From Bacillota bacterium (lineage in GTDB: Bacteria > Bacillota > Clostridia > Lachnospirales > Lachnospiraceae): a stretch of 64,000 nucleotides of DNA. The stretch spans positions 31,934 to 95,933 of the forward strand of contig JAFAGA010000083.1 of NCBI GenBank assembly GCA_023423045.1, given 5' to 3'. Position 1 is the stretch's first letter; each line of letters begins with the position of its first letter. Positions 50,256 through 59,376 of the stretch are shown here, piece after piece. The translations under genes and the position numbers were made by a program. The notes under the pieces are model-generated. The model did no database searches and had not been told where the DNA came from. It worked only from the letters and a program-made list of their open reading frames with translations.

Positions 50256-50707
50256 CTGGTTACCTCCTTATAGTCCTCTGTGAAATAACGGATTCTCATG
50301 CGTTTCCACTTGGCTCGTAGGATCTCTGCTGCCATCCCTTCTGATATCCTGTCTCCAAACACCCAAAGTTCCTTACATCTTCCAAGCAGTACCATGTTCA
50401 TGAACATTGCCAATTCTCTCTCAGTGGCTTCATCCATAAATTGAGGGAACAAAAGATGTGGGGCAATCGGTATTGCTCCACTGTTTACTGCAAATCTGCT
50501 ATATTCCCTAGCTTTCATGGTATTTAATTCTTCATTTCCCGAAAATGGAGAGCAGATATAAACAAGGGGTCTATAACCACTCCTTCTTTTTTCCATTTCT
50601 ATAGCCTTAATTGCTTCAAACGGTACAGGGTCACTGTAACCTTCTGAGTTATAAAAACTAATTCCCAAAAGTTTCACCTCCTTAAAATTTTCTCGAGGAC
50701 AAAACAT
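50252..50707 (-). CDS. DUF4406-like / nucleoside deoxyribosyltransferase-fold protein
   Basis: LVYICSPFSG, PIAPHLLFPQF, C.ELWVFG..ISEGM..EI. Confidence 0.75.
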   Translation of the reverse strand: MFCPRENFKEVKLLGISFYNSEGYSDPVPFEAIKAIEMEKRRSGYRPLVYICSPFSGNEELNTMKAREYSRFAVNSGAIPIAPHLLFPQFMDEATERELAMFMNMVLLGRCKELWVFGDRISEGMAAEILRAKWKRMRIRYFTEDYKEVTR

Positions 50708-50711
50708 CCCT

Positions 50712-50925
50712 CTATCTTTCTAAGGACAGAACCTTGGATTTTGGACGGACAAATCAAAAAATATTTATCGCTTCCTTATATAAGCTAAAAAATCCGAATA
50801 AAAAACCTTTTAAACATCCGTCCATTTACTCATTTTCTGTCCTTAGGAAGTTAGAAGGACATGAGTCAGAAAAAAGTTTTTAGAAATTCCGTCCAAAACA
50901 TAGACTTCTGTCCTTAGGAAGTTAG
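50712..50925. promoter_or_regulatory. Divergent control region with three 37-bp repeats (copies 2-4)
   Basis: 50712-50748 (-) points to the primase operon; 50818-50854 and 50889-50925 (+) point to the PolA operon. Confidence 0.75.
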
Positions 50926-50960
50926 AGAGGTAATACACCCTCGGAAAGGCGGTGCTACTT

Positions 50961-51125
50961 ATGCAGTCAGAAACAACTGCAGGCATTGAAAGCAAGCAAG
51001 ACATTGGCTTAGATGAAGAACTAGCAGATGTACTAATTGCAATCAGTGTCATATCAAAACGACTTGCTAAGAAATTAACCGAGCAAGAACAACTAAATAA
51101 GGAAGGAGAAAAAACGCATGAGTAA
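50961..51125 (+). CDS. Small hypothetical protein (54 aa)
   Basis: MQSETTAG...DEELADVLIAISVISKRLAKKL...; GAAAGGCGG RBS; overlaps the next start. Below the ORF-track cutoff. Confidence 0.65.
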   Translation: MQSETTAGIESKQDIGLDEELADVLIAISVISKRLAKKLTEQEQLNKEGEKTHE

Positions 51126-51453
51126 GATGAGCGAATTATCCGCAGAGCTTGACGAGTTGAGAAAATGCGGAGAGACATTAATAAGTATATCTGAGACACT
51201 TAAAGATCTGTTTTCTACGGTTGGAGATGAAAAAACAAAAGAAAAGGCTACTGCAAAAGTAACCCCAGAACCTGAAAAGAAATCAATCTCACTGACCGAT
51301 GTTCGTGCTGTCCTAGCGGAAAAGTCCCGTAACGGATATACGGCAGATGTTAAAGCTCTTCTATTAAAGTTTGGAGCTGACAAGCTGTCAGATATTAATC
51401 CAACTGACTATGAAGCTTTACTTGCTGCAGCGGAGGTACTTGGAAATGGCTAA
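51118..51453 (+). CDS. Conserved phage replication-region protein
   Basis: MSKMSELS...LTDVRAVLAEKSR.G.TA.VK.LL.K.GA.KLS.I.P..Y..LL. Confidence 0.75.
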   Translation: MSKMSELSAELDELRKCGETLISISETLKDLFSTVGDEKTKEKATAKVTPEPEKKSISLTDVRAVLAEKSRNGYTADVKALLLKFGADKLSDINPTDYEALLAAAEVLGNG

Positions 51454-52561
51454 ACATGCTTTACTCTCCGCTTCATCAAGCCATAGGTGGCTTCAATGTC
51501 CACCATCTGCAAAATTATGTGCTGAAGTAGAAAATCAATCTAGTCCTTATGCACAGCAAGGCACTGATGCACATAGTCTTTGCCAGTTCAAATTAGAACA
51601 GCTACTTGGTATAGACACAAAAGACCCTACAGAAAATTTGGAGTTCTATGATGGGGAAATGGAGAACTGTGCGGAAGAATATGCCTCCTTTGTAATTGAG
51701 CAGTTAGAAGAAGCAAAACACTATTGTTCCGATCCAGTAATCTTAATCGAGCAACATCTTGACTTCTCTAAATATGTAGAGGGTGGGTTCGGCACTGGTG
51801 ACTGTGTAATCGTTGCAGACGATATTCTTCAAGTCATCGATTACAAACACGGACTTGGAATATTAGTGTCAGCAGTAGAAAATCCACAGATGATGTGTTA
51901 TGCACTTGGGGCTATTGAACTCTTCGATGGCATCTACGATATTAACACAGTAAAGATGACAATCTTTCAACCACGAAGAGAAAATGTCAGTACCTACACC
52001 CTATTTAAAGAAGAACTCTTGAAATGGGGTACCGAAGTACTCTCTCCTACAGCTAAACTCGCTTATGAAGGCGAGGGTGAACTTAAAGCTGGTGATCACT
52101 GCCAGTTCTGTAAGATAAAAGCTACTTGTCGCAAACGAGCTGAATACAACCTCGAACTAGCAAAGTATGACTTTGAGATGCCCGTAAACCTAGATAACAC
52201 AGAAATCAGTGTTATTCTCACAAAAGTAGATAGCCTTGTAACTTGGGTTAATGACGTAAAAGAATATGCATTACAGCAAGCACTTAGTGGCACGAAGTTT
52301 CAAGGGTTTAAAGTTGTTGAAGGTCGTTCCAACAGGAAATACACCGATGAACAGGCGGTAGCAGATGCAGTCACATTGGCAGGATTTAATCCATATGAAA
52401 ATAAACTCTTAGGAATTACAGCCATGACTTCAGCTCTTGGCAAGAAGAAATTTGAAGAAATCTTAGGAGACCTTGTAATCAAGGCTCCAGGTAAACCAAC
52501 TCTCGTTCCGGAGGATGATAAGCGCCCGGAATTTAATACAGCTCAAAATGATTTTAATTAA
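51446..52561 (+). CDS. DUF2800 Cas4-like PD-(D/E)xK exonuclease
   Basis: HALLSASSSHRWL.CPPS, GT.AH, FGTGD, IDYKHG, NPQM..YALG, HCQFC....C. Confidence 0.88.
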   Translation: MAKHALLSASSSHRWLQCPPSAKLCAEVENQSSPYAQQGTDAHSLCQFKLEQLLGIDTKDPTENLEFYDGEMENCAEEYASFVIEQLEEAKHYCSDPVILIEQHLDFSKYVEGGFGTGDCVIVADDILQVIDYKHGLGILVSAVENPQMMCYALGAIELFDGIYDINTVKMTIFQPRRENVSTYTLFKEELLKWGTEVLSPTAKLAYEGEGELKAGDHCQFCKIKATCRKRAEYNLELAKYDFEMPVNLDNTEISVILTKVDSLVTWVNDVKEYALQQALSGTKFQGFKVVEGRSNRKYTDEQAVADAVTLAGFNPYENKLLGITAMTSALGKKKFEEILGDLVIKAPGKPTLVPEDDKRPEFNTAQNDFN

Positions 52562-52575
52562 GGAGGACAAATAAT

Positions 52576-53139
52576 ATGTCAATAGTAGCAAATCAAACAA
52601 AAGTAATTACAGGTCCAAAGACAAGATGGTCTTATGCAAATGTATGGGATCCAAAGTCAATCAATGGAGGTACACCAAAGTATAGCGTAAGCCTTATTAT
52701 TCCAAAATCTGATGCCAAGACAGTTTCACAGATTAAGGCTGCCATTGAAGCCGCATATAAGGAAGGTGAGTCCAAATTAAAGGGTAATGGTAAAACTGTT
52801 CCTGCTCTTTCAACACTTAAAACTCCTCTTCGTGATGGAGACATAGAAAGACCAGATGACCCTACTTACGCAAATGCTTACTTCATTAATGCCAATAGTG
52901 CTACTGCACCGGGTATTGTTGATGCAAGTTGCAATCCAATCCTTGAGCGTTCTGAGGTTTATTCAGGTGTATATGGCAGAGCATCTATCAATCTGTATGC
53001 CTTTAATTCAAACGGAAATCGCGGTATAGCATGTGGATTAAATAACCTTCAAAAGATTTCAGACGGAGAACCTTTAGGTGGTAAGTCTAGAGCAGAGGAT
53101 GATTTCTCAACAGACTCCGATGATGATTTTCTTTCATAA
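52576..53139 (+). CDS. DUF2815 ssDNA-binding protein
   Basis: SYANVW.PK, KYSVSLIIPK, PLRDGD, VYSG.YGR, GLNNLQK..DGEPLGG, acidic tail. Confidence 0.88.
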   Translation: MSIVANQTKVITGPKTRWSYANVWDPKSINGGTPKYSVSLIIPKSDAKTVSQIKAAIEAAYKEGESKLKGNGKTVPALSTLKTPLRDGDIERPDDPTYANAYFINANSATAPGIVDASCNPILERSEVYSGVYGRASINLYAFNSNGNRGIACGLNNLQKISDGEPLGGKSRAEDDFSTDSDDDFLS

Positions 53140-53199
53140 CATGTAACCCATAAACCCCTGACTGGGCGGTGGCGATGCTGCCGCCCTTTTACTTTAAGG

Positions 53200-55203
53200 A
53201 TGGTGAGTATTATAAATACAATCAACTCTTTATCAATTGACATTGAAAGTTTTTCTGATGTTGATTTGAAGAAATGCGGTGTGTACAAATATGCAGAGTC
53301 ACCCAACTTTGATATTCTCCTCTTCGCTTACTCTATCAATGGTGGAGAAGTTATCGTCATAGATTTGGCTAATGGTGAAAAAGTTCCAACCGATGTAATT
53401 GCTGCTCTTTTTGACAAAACAGTTACTAAGTGGGCATTTAACGCGGCTTTTGAGCGTATCTGCCTGTCTGAGTGGCTTAGAAGATATTATCCAGAACACT
53501 TCAGTAGTTACAGCACAAAGGACGATACGGTTGGTAACTACCTGGATCCATCCTCATGGAGATGTTCCATGATATGGTCGGCTTATCTTGGACTACCACT
53601 ATCCCTTGAAGGTGTGGGTGCAGTGCTTGGATTAGAGGAGCAGAAAATGAAAGAAGGTAAAGACCTCATACGTTACTTTTGTGTTCCATGTAAACCTACT
53701 AAATCAAACGGTGGTCGAACTAGAAATCTTCCTATGCATGACGAAACCAAATGGGATACCTTCATCTCTTATAACCGAAGAGATGTTGAAGTTGAAATGT
53801 CCATACAAAAGAAGTTAGCTAAATTCCCTGTTCCAGAGTTTATTTGGAAGGAATATTACTTAGACCAGATGATCAATGACCGTGGAATTGCTATTGATAT
53901 GGGCATTGTAGAACAGGCAATTAGGATGGATGAGCGTTCCAAGGATGAACTCTCGGAAGAAATGAAGAAACTCACAAACTTGGATAACCCAAATTCAGTA
54001 GCACAGATGAAACAATGGCTATCTGATAATGGAATGGAGACCGATACCCTTGGTAAAAAGGCTGTAGCAGAAATGCTAAAGGATGCTCCGGAAGAGCTAG
54101 CCGATGTTCTCACTCTTCGCCAACAGCTTGCAAAATCAAGTATAAAGAAATACCAAGCAATGCAAAATGCCGTATGTGCTGACAGCCGGGCAAGAGGAAT
54201 GTTTCAGTTCTATGGAGCAAATCGAAGTGGTAGATGGGCAGGGCGTATTATTCAGCTACAAAATCTTCCTCAGAACCATATACCTGATTTGGAGCAAGCT
54301 CGAGATCTTGTAAAGAACGGAAACTATGATGCATTAGAAATGCTATATAATTCAGTCCCAGAAGTACTATCAGAACTTATTAGAACAGCTTTCGTTCCAA
54401 AGGAAGGATATAAGTTTGTTGTAGTCGATTTTAGCGCAATCGAAGCAAGGGTGCTTTCACATCTGGCAAAAGAGTCATGGAGAAATAAAGTCTTCGCAAA
54501 TAACGAAGATATTTATTGTGCTAGCGCCTCTGAAATGTTTGGCGTACCTGTCGAAAAGCCTGGTAAAAACAGTCACCTTCGACAGCGAGGCAAAGTGGCA
54601 GAATTAGCCCTTGGATACGGTGGTTCAGTCGGTGCTTTAAAGGCCATGGGAGCTTTAGAAATGGATCTTACTGAAGAAGAACTACAACCACTCGTTGATG
54701 CATGGAGAACCTCCAACCCCAACATTGTACAGCTTTGGTGGGATGTTGATACAGCAGTCAAAAATGCCATTATGCAGAAAACCACAACTGAAACCCATGG
54801 TATCAATTTTATATATCAAAGTGGTATGCTCTTCATCAAACTTCTATCTGGAAGAAAACTGACCTATGTAAAGCCTAAGATTGGAATAAACAGGTTTGGT
54901 GGAGAAGCCGTAACCTACGAAGGTATCGGAGCAACAAAGAAATGGGAGCGGATAGAATCATATGGTGCAAAATTTGTCGAAAATATTGTTCAAGCAATCT
55001 CAAGAGATATTCTAAGCTATGCAATGCAAAAGCTTTCTCAATATTTCATCTGTGGTCATGTCCATGACGAATTAATCGTTGAATGCCCTATGCACGAATC
55101 CCTAGATAACATCTGTAAACAGATGGGAATAACACCTCCCTGGATAAAAGGGCTATTACTAAGAGCTGATGGCTTTGAGACAATGTTTTATAGAAAAGAT
55201 TAA
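53200..55203 (+). CDS. Phage family A DNA polymerase
   Basis: Exonuclease DIE and AFNAAFE; motif A DFSAIEARV, motif B RQRGKVAELALGYGG, motif C HVHDE. Confidence 0.94.
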   Translation: MVSIINTINSLSIDIESFSDVDLKKCGVYKYAESPNFDILLFAYSINGGEVIVIDLANGEKVPTDVIAALFDKTVTKWAFNAAFERICLSEWLRRYYPEHFSSYSTKDDTVGNYLDPSSWRCSMIWSAYLGLPLSLEGVGAVLGLEEQKMKEGKDLIRYFCVPCKPTKSNGGRTRNLPMHDETKWDTFISYNRRDVEVEMSIQKKLAKFPVPEFIWKEYYLDQMINDRGIAIDMGIVEQAIRMDERSKDELSEEMKKLTNLDNPNSVAQMKQWLSDNGMETDTLGKKAVAEMLKDAPEELADVLTLRQQLAKSSIKKYQAMQNAVCADSRARGMFQFYGANRSGRWAGRIIQLQNLPQNHIPDLEQARDLVKNGNYDALEMLYNSVPEVLSELIRTAFVPKEGYKFVVVDFSAIEARVLSHLAKESWRNKVFANNEDIYCASASEMFGVPVEKPGKNSHLRQRGKVAELALGYGGSVGALKAMGALEMDLTEEELQPLVDAWRTSNPNIVQLWWDVDTAVKNAIMQKTTTETHGINFIYQSGMLFIKLLSGRKLTYVKPKIGINRFGGEAVTYEGIGATKKWERIESYGAKFVENIVQAISRDILSYAMQKLSQYFICGHVHDELIVECPMHESLDNICKQMGITPPWIKGLLLRADGFETMFYRKD

Positions 55204-55207
55204 TCTA

Positions 55208-55249
55208 AAATGGTAGCAACACTTATTCTATATAGTGCTGCTACCATTT
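55208..55249. terminator. Bidirectional terminator between convergent genes
   Basis: AAATGGTAGCA...TGCTACCATTT. Confidence 0.7.
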
Positions 55250-55254
55250 ATCTA

Positions 55255-55899
55255 TTAAATCATATCATCCAATAAATCCATTACTATTGCTTTAATCTTT
55301 ACGACTTTATCTGAGACTGTAGTCTTCCCTATTCCGATTACATCTCCGATTTCCTTATGACTTAAACCATCTGATAATAACTGAAGTATCTTACCATAGC
55401 TAGGGTCAATTTCCTGTACACGAGTAATTAATTCTTTCAGCATTCCCAAATAGATATCTGCTGCGCCATATGCGTTTTGTGCAACTGCTTCAAAATCTGT
55501 CTCCTCATTCTCTTCATTTTCTGCTGACAGGCAGCTAAAGGTTAGTGTTCCAAAGTTTCTCTTATCCAATGAAGTATAATATGGACACTGACTACATTTG
55601 TTGCTTTCTGGACAACGAATTAGTTTTCCTTTGCCGTTGCTAATCTCACAACGTTTGTCACGGTCTTCGGCTTTAAACTCCGCTGAATAGGAACTCATTA
55701 CTGCATCATACTGTTCCTTCGTGCCTGGTACCAGAACTACATCAACTAATCTGTTCCCTACTCTCCATTTTCTAATCTGTGATTTCTTCACACCTGCTAT
55801 CATCCCGTGTTCTTCGATCGAATCCTTGTCGATAATCATTGGGATTAGTACCTGTTCTTCTACCTCATTTACTCTGATTTCCTGTGTTTCTTTTTTCAT
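55255..55899 (-). CDS. Sigma-70 region 4-like phage regulator
   Basis: C-terminal HTH ILQLLSDGLSHKEIGDVIGIGKTTVSDKV, Cys cluster CPESNKCSQCP, GAAAGGA RBS before ATG 55899. Confidence 0.7.
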   Translation of the reverse strand: MKKETQEIRVNEVEEQVLIPMIIDKDSIEEHGMIAGVKKSQIRKWRVGNRLVDVVLVPGTKEQYDAVMSSYSAEFKAEDRDKRCEISNGKGKLIRCPESNKCSQCPYYTSLDKRNFGTLTFSCLSAENEENEETDFEAVAQNAYGAADIYLGMLKELITRVQEIDPSYGKILQLLSDGLSHKEIGDVIGIGKTTVSDKVVKIKAIVMDLLDDMI

Positions 55900-56273
55900 A
55901 GATTGTCCTTTCCGTCCTTGGCTTGACGGTGGGACACAAAAAGAGCCTATGGTGAAGATGACCACAGACTCCGGTTGTCCTTAAAATGGGCGCACGAAAT
56001 CACGGTGGGTGCATCTTCATTCCAAACACAGTCTTTATCACTGTGTTCTGAACTCTTATGCATCCCGCCGTCCTGATGCGCATCTCGGACTTTGAGATTT
56101 AATATATTTGCAAGGCCATAAATACCTTACTATCAATAATCTACCACGGAATTTTCATTGAAAATGGACATGTAGTGTCCGCTCTAAATCCATGAAAATA
56201 AAAAAGCCGGAGTTACCTATTTAGCCTTTTTACGGCTTTCATAGATAACTCCGGCGGTTTGCTCCTCGATTGG

Positions 56274-56480
56274 TTACGGGGTCGATTGCGGTAGTTTCTC
56301 TCTATCAACTGCTATAGCAGCTTTTACTTGATGTACAACATCCTCCCAGGGAATTGTAACAAATTTATCTTTGCTAATTTTTTGTTCTAGATATACCTTC
56401 TCTCCATCAACAATAACATCACAGAATCTTGGGGGTATATTTCTAGAGGTGTGAAAATTCCTTATAGGTTGTCTTATCAT
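56274..56480 (-). CDS. Small hypothetical protein
   Basis: GGAGG RBS; followed by a strong hairpin at 56201-56254. Confidence 0.65.
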   Translation of the reverse strand: MIRQPIRNFHTSRNIPPRFCDVIVDGEKVYLEQKISKDKFVTIPWEDVVHQVKAAIAVDREKLPQSTP

Positions 56481-56503
56481 TTACCTTCCTCCAAAAGATC
56501 TGA

Positions 56504-57292
56504 TTAAAATGGTATAAAATCATCGTCATCACTCACATCATCCTTCATAAAGGAATCAATGACATATTGAAGTTTTGGCTTTATTCTCGGGTGCTTCATT
56601 CGCTCACTAACGGTTGTGTACAGATTGTCTACTAAGGATACCAATGGTGATGCGTCTCTATTACTGCATAGAAATGATGGTCCTGTGTCTGGTGTATACA
56701 TCCAAATTTCTTTAGCAAAAGCATCTGGATCATTGACTCTATGAACGCTCTTACTGATATCCATAAGATAAAGGATTGAGCCATTTTTTAAATTTATATT
56801 ATAACAATCACCATTAATATATGTTCCGCAATCAAAGGAATTGGAAACAAAAACGACTCTGGAAACCTGGTTTGGATACTCACATTCACTTTCTTCATAA
56901 AAGGTTTCATAGCTTAGAAGCGGATGATCCGAATTGCCATTTATATCTGCTTCAGCCCGATTTAGACGGTCTGCAGATTCTCTATTCCAATCCAATTTAT
57001 CGTCCAAAGTATCTTTGATTAATTTCTCCAGAAAAGATACAAGGTACCGCTCAGTAGGTGTCATTTCTGTAAGGTCTATGTTTAGCAATGTATCTATGCT
57101 GGTGTTAAAAGCATCTGCGACTTTTATAATAAAATCTATTCCTGGCTTTGTATTCCCTTCCTTGCTAATTCTGGAAATATACCCAGAGCTAACGCCTGCC
57201 TCTGTCTCCAGTTCACCTATTTTCTTCCCGAATTCTTTCAAAAGGAAAGATATGTTGTCAAGCATTAATTGTTTATTGAATTCATTGGTCAT
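56504..57292 (-). CDS. XRE-family HTH protein with unknown C-terminal domain
   Basis: KIGELETEAGVSSGYISRI...PGIDFIIKVADAFNTSIDTLL. Confidence 0.8.
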   Translation of the reverse strand: MTNEFNKQLMLDNISFLLKEFGKKIGELETEAGVSSGYISRISKEGNTKPGIDFIIKVADAFNTSIDTLLNIDLTEMTPTERYLVSFLEKLIKDTLDDKLDWNRESADRLNRAEADINGNSDHPLLSYETFYEESECEYPNQVSRVVFVSNSFDCGTYINGDCYNINLKNGSILYLMDISKSVHRVNDPDAFAKEIWMYTPDTGPSFLCSNRDASPLVSLVDNLYTTVSERMKHPRIKPKLQYVIDSFMKDDVSDDDDFIPF

Positions 57293-57491
57293 ATTAATAC
57301 ACTCCTTTCTACCTCTTTGCCAATATAATATCATCTATTTACCATATTGTCAATATAGTTTTGCTTTATTTACCTATGCTTCAAATTTCAATTTAAACTT
57401 GAATGCAGTAACAAAAAACAGAGTCTTAATATAAGACTCTGCTCTCGTATTATATTACCGGACATGACATGTCCTTTTATTCTTAAAATTA

Positions 57492-59354
57492 TTAAATGTC
57501 CACTCCATATTGTGCAAGATACTCCTTAACAGCCCACAATGGCTCCGGATACTTAATGTGAAGAGCCTCGTTTATCCATTGATGATTCGGATTCATCGGT
57601 TTCAGTGGACACTGCAAGACAGCCATTAGTTTTTCGCTAATCACAGGAGGAAGGTGGAGTCCAAAGCAGATAAGAGCTGCCGTTTCCACTTTCGGGGTCG
57701 TATCTCCCCTTACAGTTCGGCTGATGGTTTTCGGATCACGGTCGATTTCTAAACCGAGATCAGTATAATTCATATTCCTCCACTTCAAAAGAAGCTCCAT
57801 ACATTGTTCTGGATCATCTGTCATCTGTCTACGAATTTCCAAAGCCTCTTCCTGTTGCTTCTTCCTCATTGCTACCTGACGCTCCTGTGGAGCGTTTTGA
57901 TAACCGTTATGAAATTTGATTTCAAAGGTGATATCACTCGGCTCACGGTTCAAAAAACACTCCGTATGGTATTGATATGAAACCTTGCTCGTAACGGTCA
58001 TATCAAAGACAAGGCAACATTCGTCCATATGGGAGCGAGCATAATCTGTCAGGTCAAGTTTCCCGTTTTCGCCTGGCTGAACATAAAGTGGAGCATTATA
58101 AACATAGTGATTATCAATAAACAAATAATCTCCGCTGTCAGTTAAAGCACGAAGTTCCAAATTAATGAAACGTTCGATAGCTGCATCTTGGGCAGATAAG
58201 GAGAATGTCTGATTTAGCTTTATAGACCCCTTACGGAATCCATGCGGTTTTAAATAGTGTCCATCTAGGTATGTATATGTTCCGATTGCCTCATCAAAGC
58301 CTAGTTCAACTAATCTAATCTTCGTGGCTTGCCTAGATACTCCAAAATCAATTTCCAATGCTGTGATGACCTTTTCCATAACCTCAACAGTATGGCTGGC
58401 ATTGGTTTCACGCATAAATCTTGCTATGTATTGCTTCGCCTTTACCTTGAACGGTTCTGCAGGCATTTGAATCTTCGGAGTAAGAGCATTTGCCTGCCAT
58501 TCCATCCAACCGGTTGCATCTCTTTCGTTGTCTTTAATACCACCGACAACTTGGCATTTTATTTGTGTGGCATTACTATTATATAACCGTTCTAGTTCAA
58601 ATGCTTTTCTATGTAAATCCCAATGTACGCACTCATGAATTATTGTATTATTAATTGATCCAAGATTGCGAAGAAAGTATGCTTTAGGATCTACTATGAT
58701 AGTATGTGCATCCACTTGAGTCTTTACCATTTCATCATTACTTTTATCATAAAACTCTGCATCGCAATCGTGAAAGTATAGTTGTCCAAATACTGATAAA
58801 TCTTTAGTAATCTCTCTAACTTTAATTGTAAGACCCATTTTTTTAGCCAACACTTGTGGCTCAACTGCCATTGGGGTTTTTAATACTTCTGGGTAATGTC
58901 TGCGTAGGAACTCTGTAGCAACAGTTTCTAGTTGTTCCTTATAAATGATAGGAACAAGTGAGTCCGACATAGGTTTTGGCTGTTTATTTTTGTTGGAATA
59001 CTCAGTAACACTTAAGATTGTAAAGTCATCCAAATTGTAATCTAAATCTCCAGAGCATTTTAGCATAAACCACTGAGGACAATTTTCCGTCTCATCATAA
59101 TGATAATCTGACTCTCGGATTTCTAATTCAGCTTCAACCGCAACATCAAATTCTATTTTCATATCTGGCAAATCATTAATAGATACAGATTTAACTTCTA
59201 CATCTGACAATTCTATGCCGCCAATGTTTCGAACTTTGTTTAACCGTAAGTCTAAGTTGTCGTACTTATCTGAGATGTAACTTTGTATAGTAGCAAACAT
59301 CTCATTATAGAATCTATCTGCCACATAATCTTTAAATGAACGATTACCCGCCAA
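57492..59354 (-). CDS. ImmA/IrrE-like zinc metallopeptidase with C-terminal HTH
   Basis: NTIIHECVHW (HExxH), EWQAN..MP, FGVSRQA..IRL.ELG, C-terminal YTDLGLEIDRDPKTISR. Confidence 0.82.
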   Translation of the reverse strand: MAGNRSFKDYVADRFYNEMFATIQSYISDKYDNLDLRLNKVRNIGGIELSDVEVKSVSINDLPDMKIEFDVAVEAELEIRESDYHYDETENCPQWFMLKCSGDLDYNLDDFTILSVTEYSNKNKQPKPMSDSLVPIIYKEQLETVATEFLRRHYPEVLKTPMAVEPQVLAKKMGLTIKVREITKDLSVFGQLYFHDCDAEFYDKSNDEMVKTQVDAHTIIVDPKAYFLRNLGSINNTIIHECVHWDLHRKAFELERLYNSNATQIKCQVVGGIKDNERDATGWMEWQANALTPKIQMPAEPFKVKAKQYIARFMRETNASHTVEVMEKVITALEIDFGVSRQATKIRLVELGFDEAIGTYTYLDGHYLKPHGFRKGSIKLNQTFSLSAQDAAIERFINLELRALTDSGDYLFIDNHYVYNAPLYVQPGENGKLDLTDYARSHMDECCLVFDMTVTSKVSYQYHTECFLNREPSDITFEIKFHNGYQNAPQERQVAMRKKQQEEALEIRRQMTDDPEQCMELLLKWRNMNYTDLGLEIDRDPKTISRTVRGDTTPKVETAALICFGLHLPPVISEKLMAVLQCPLKPMNPNHQWINEALHIKYPEPLWAVKEYLAQYGVDI

Positions 59355-59376
59355 AGCACTACCCCCTCATCAACAA

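Noticed and set aside
51446..52561. Cas4-like gene as evidence of CRISPR-Cas
   Set aside because: It is the DUF2800 phage exonuclease in its usual DUF2815-PolA context; no array or other cas genes.
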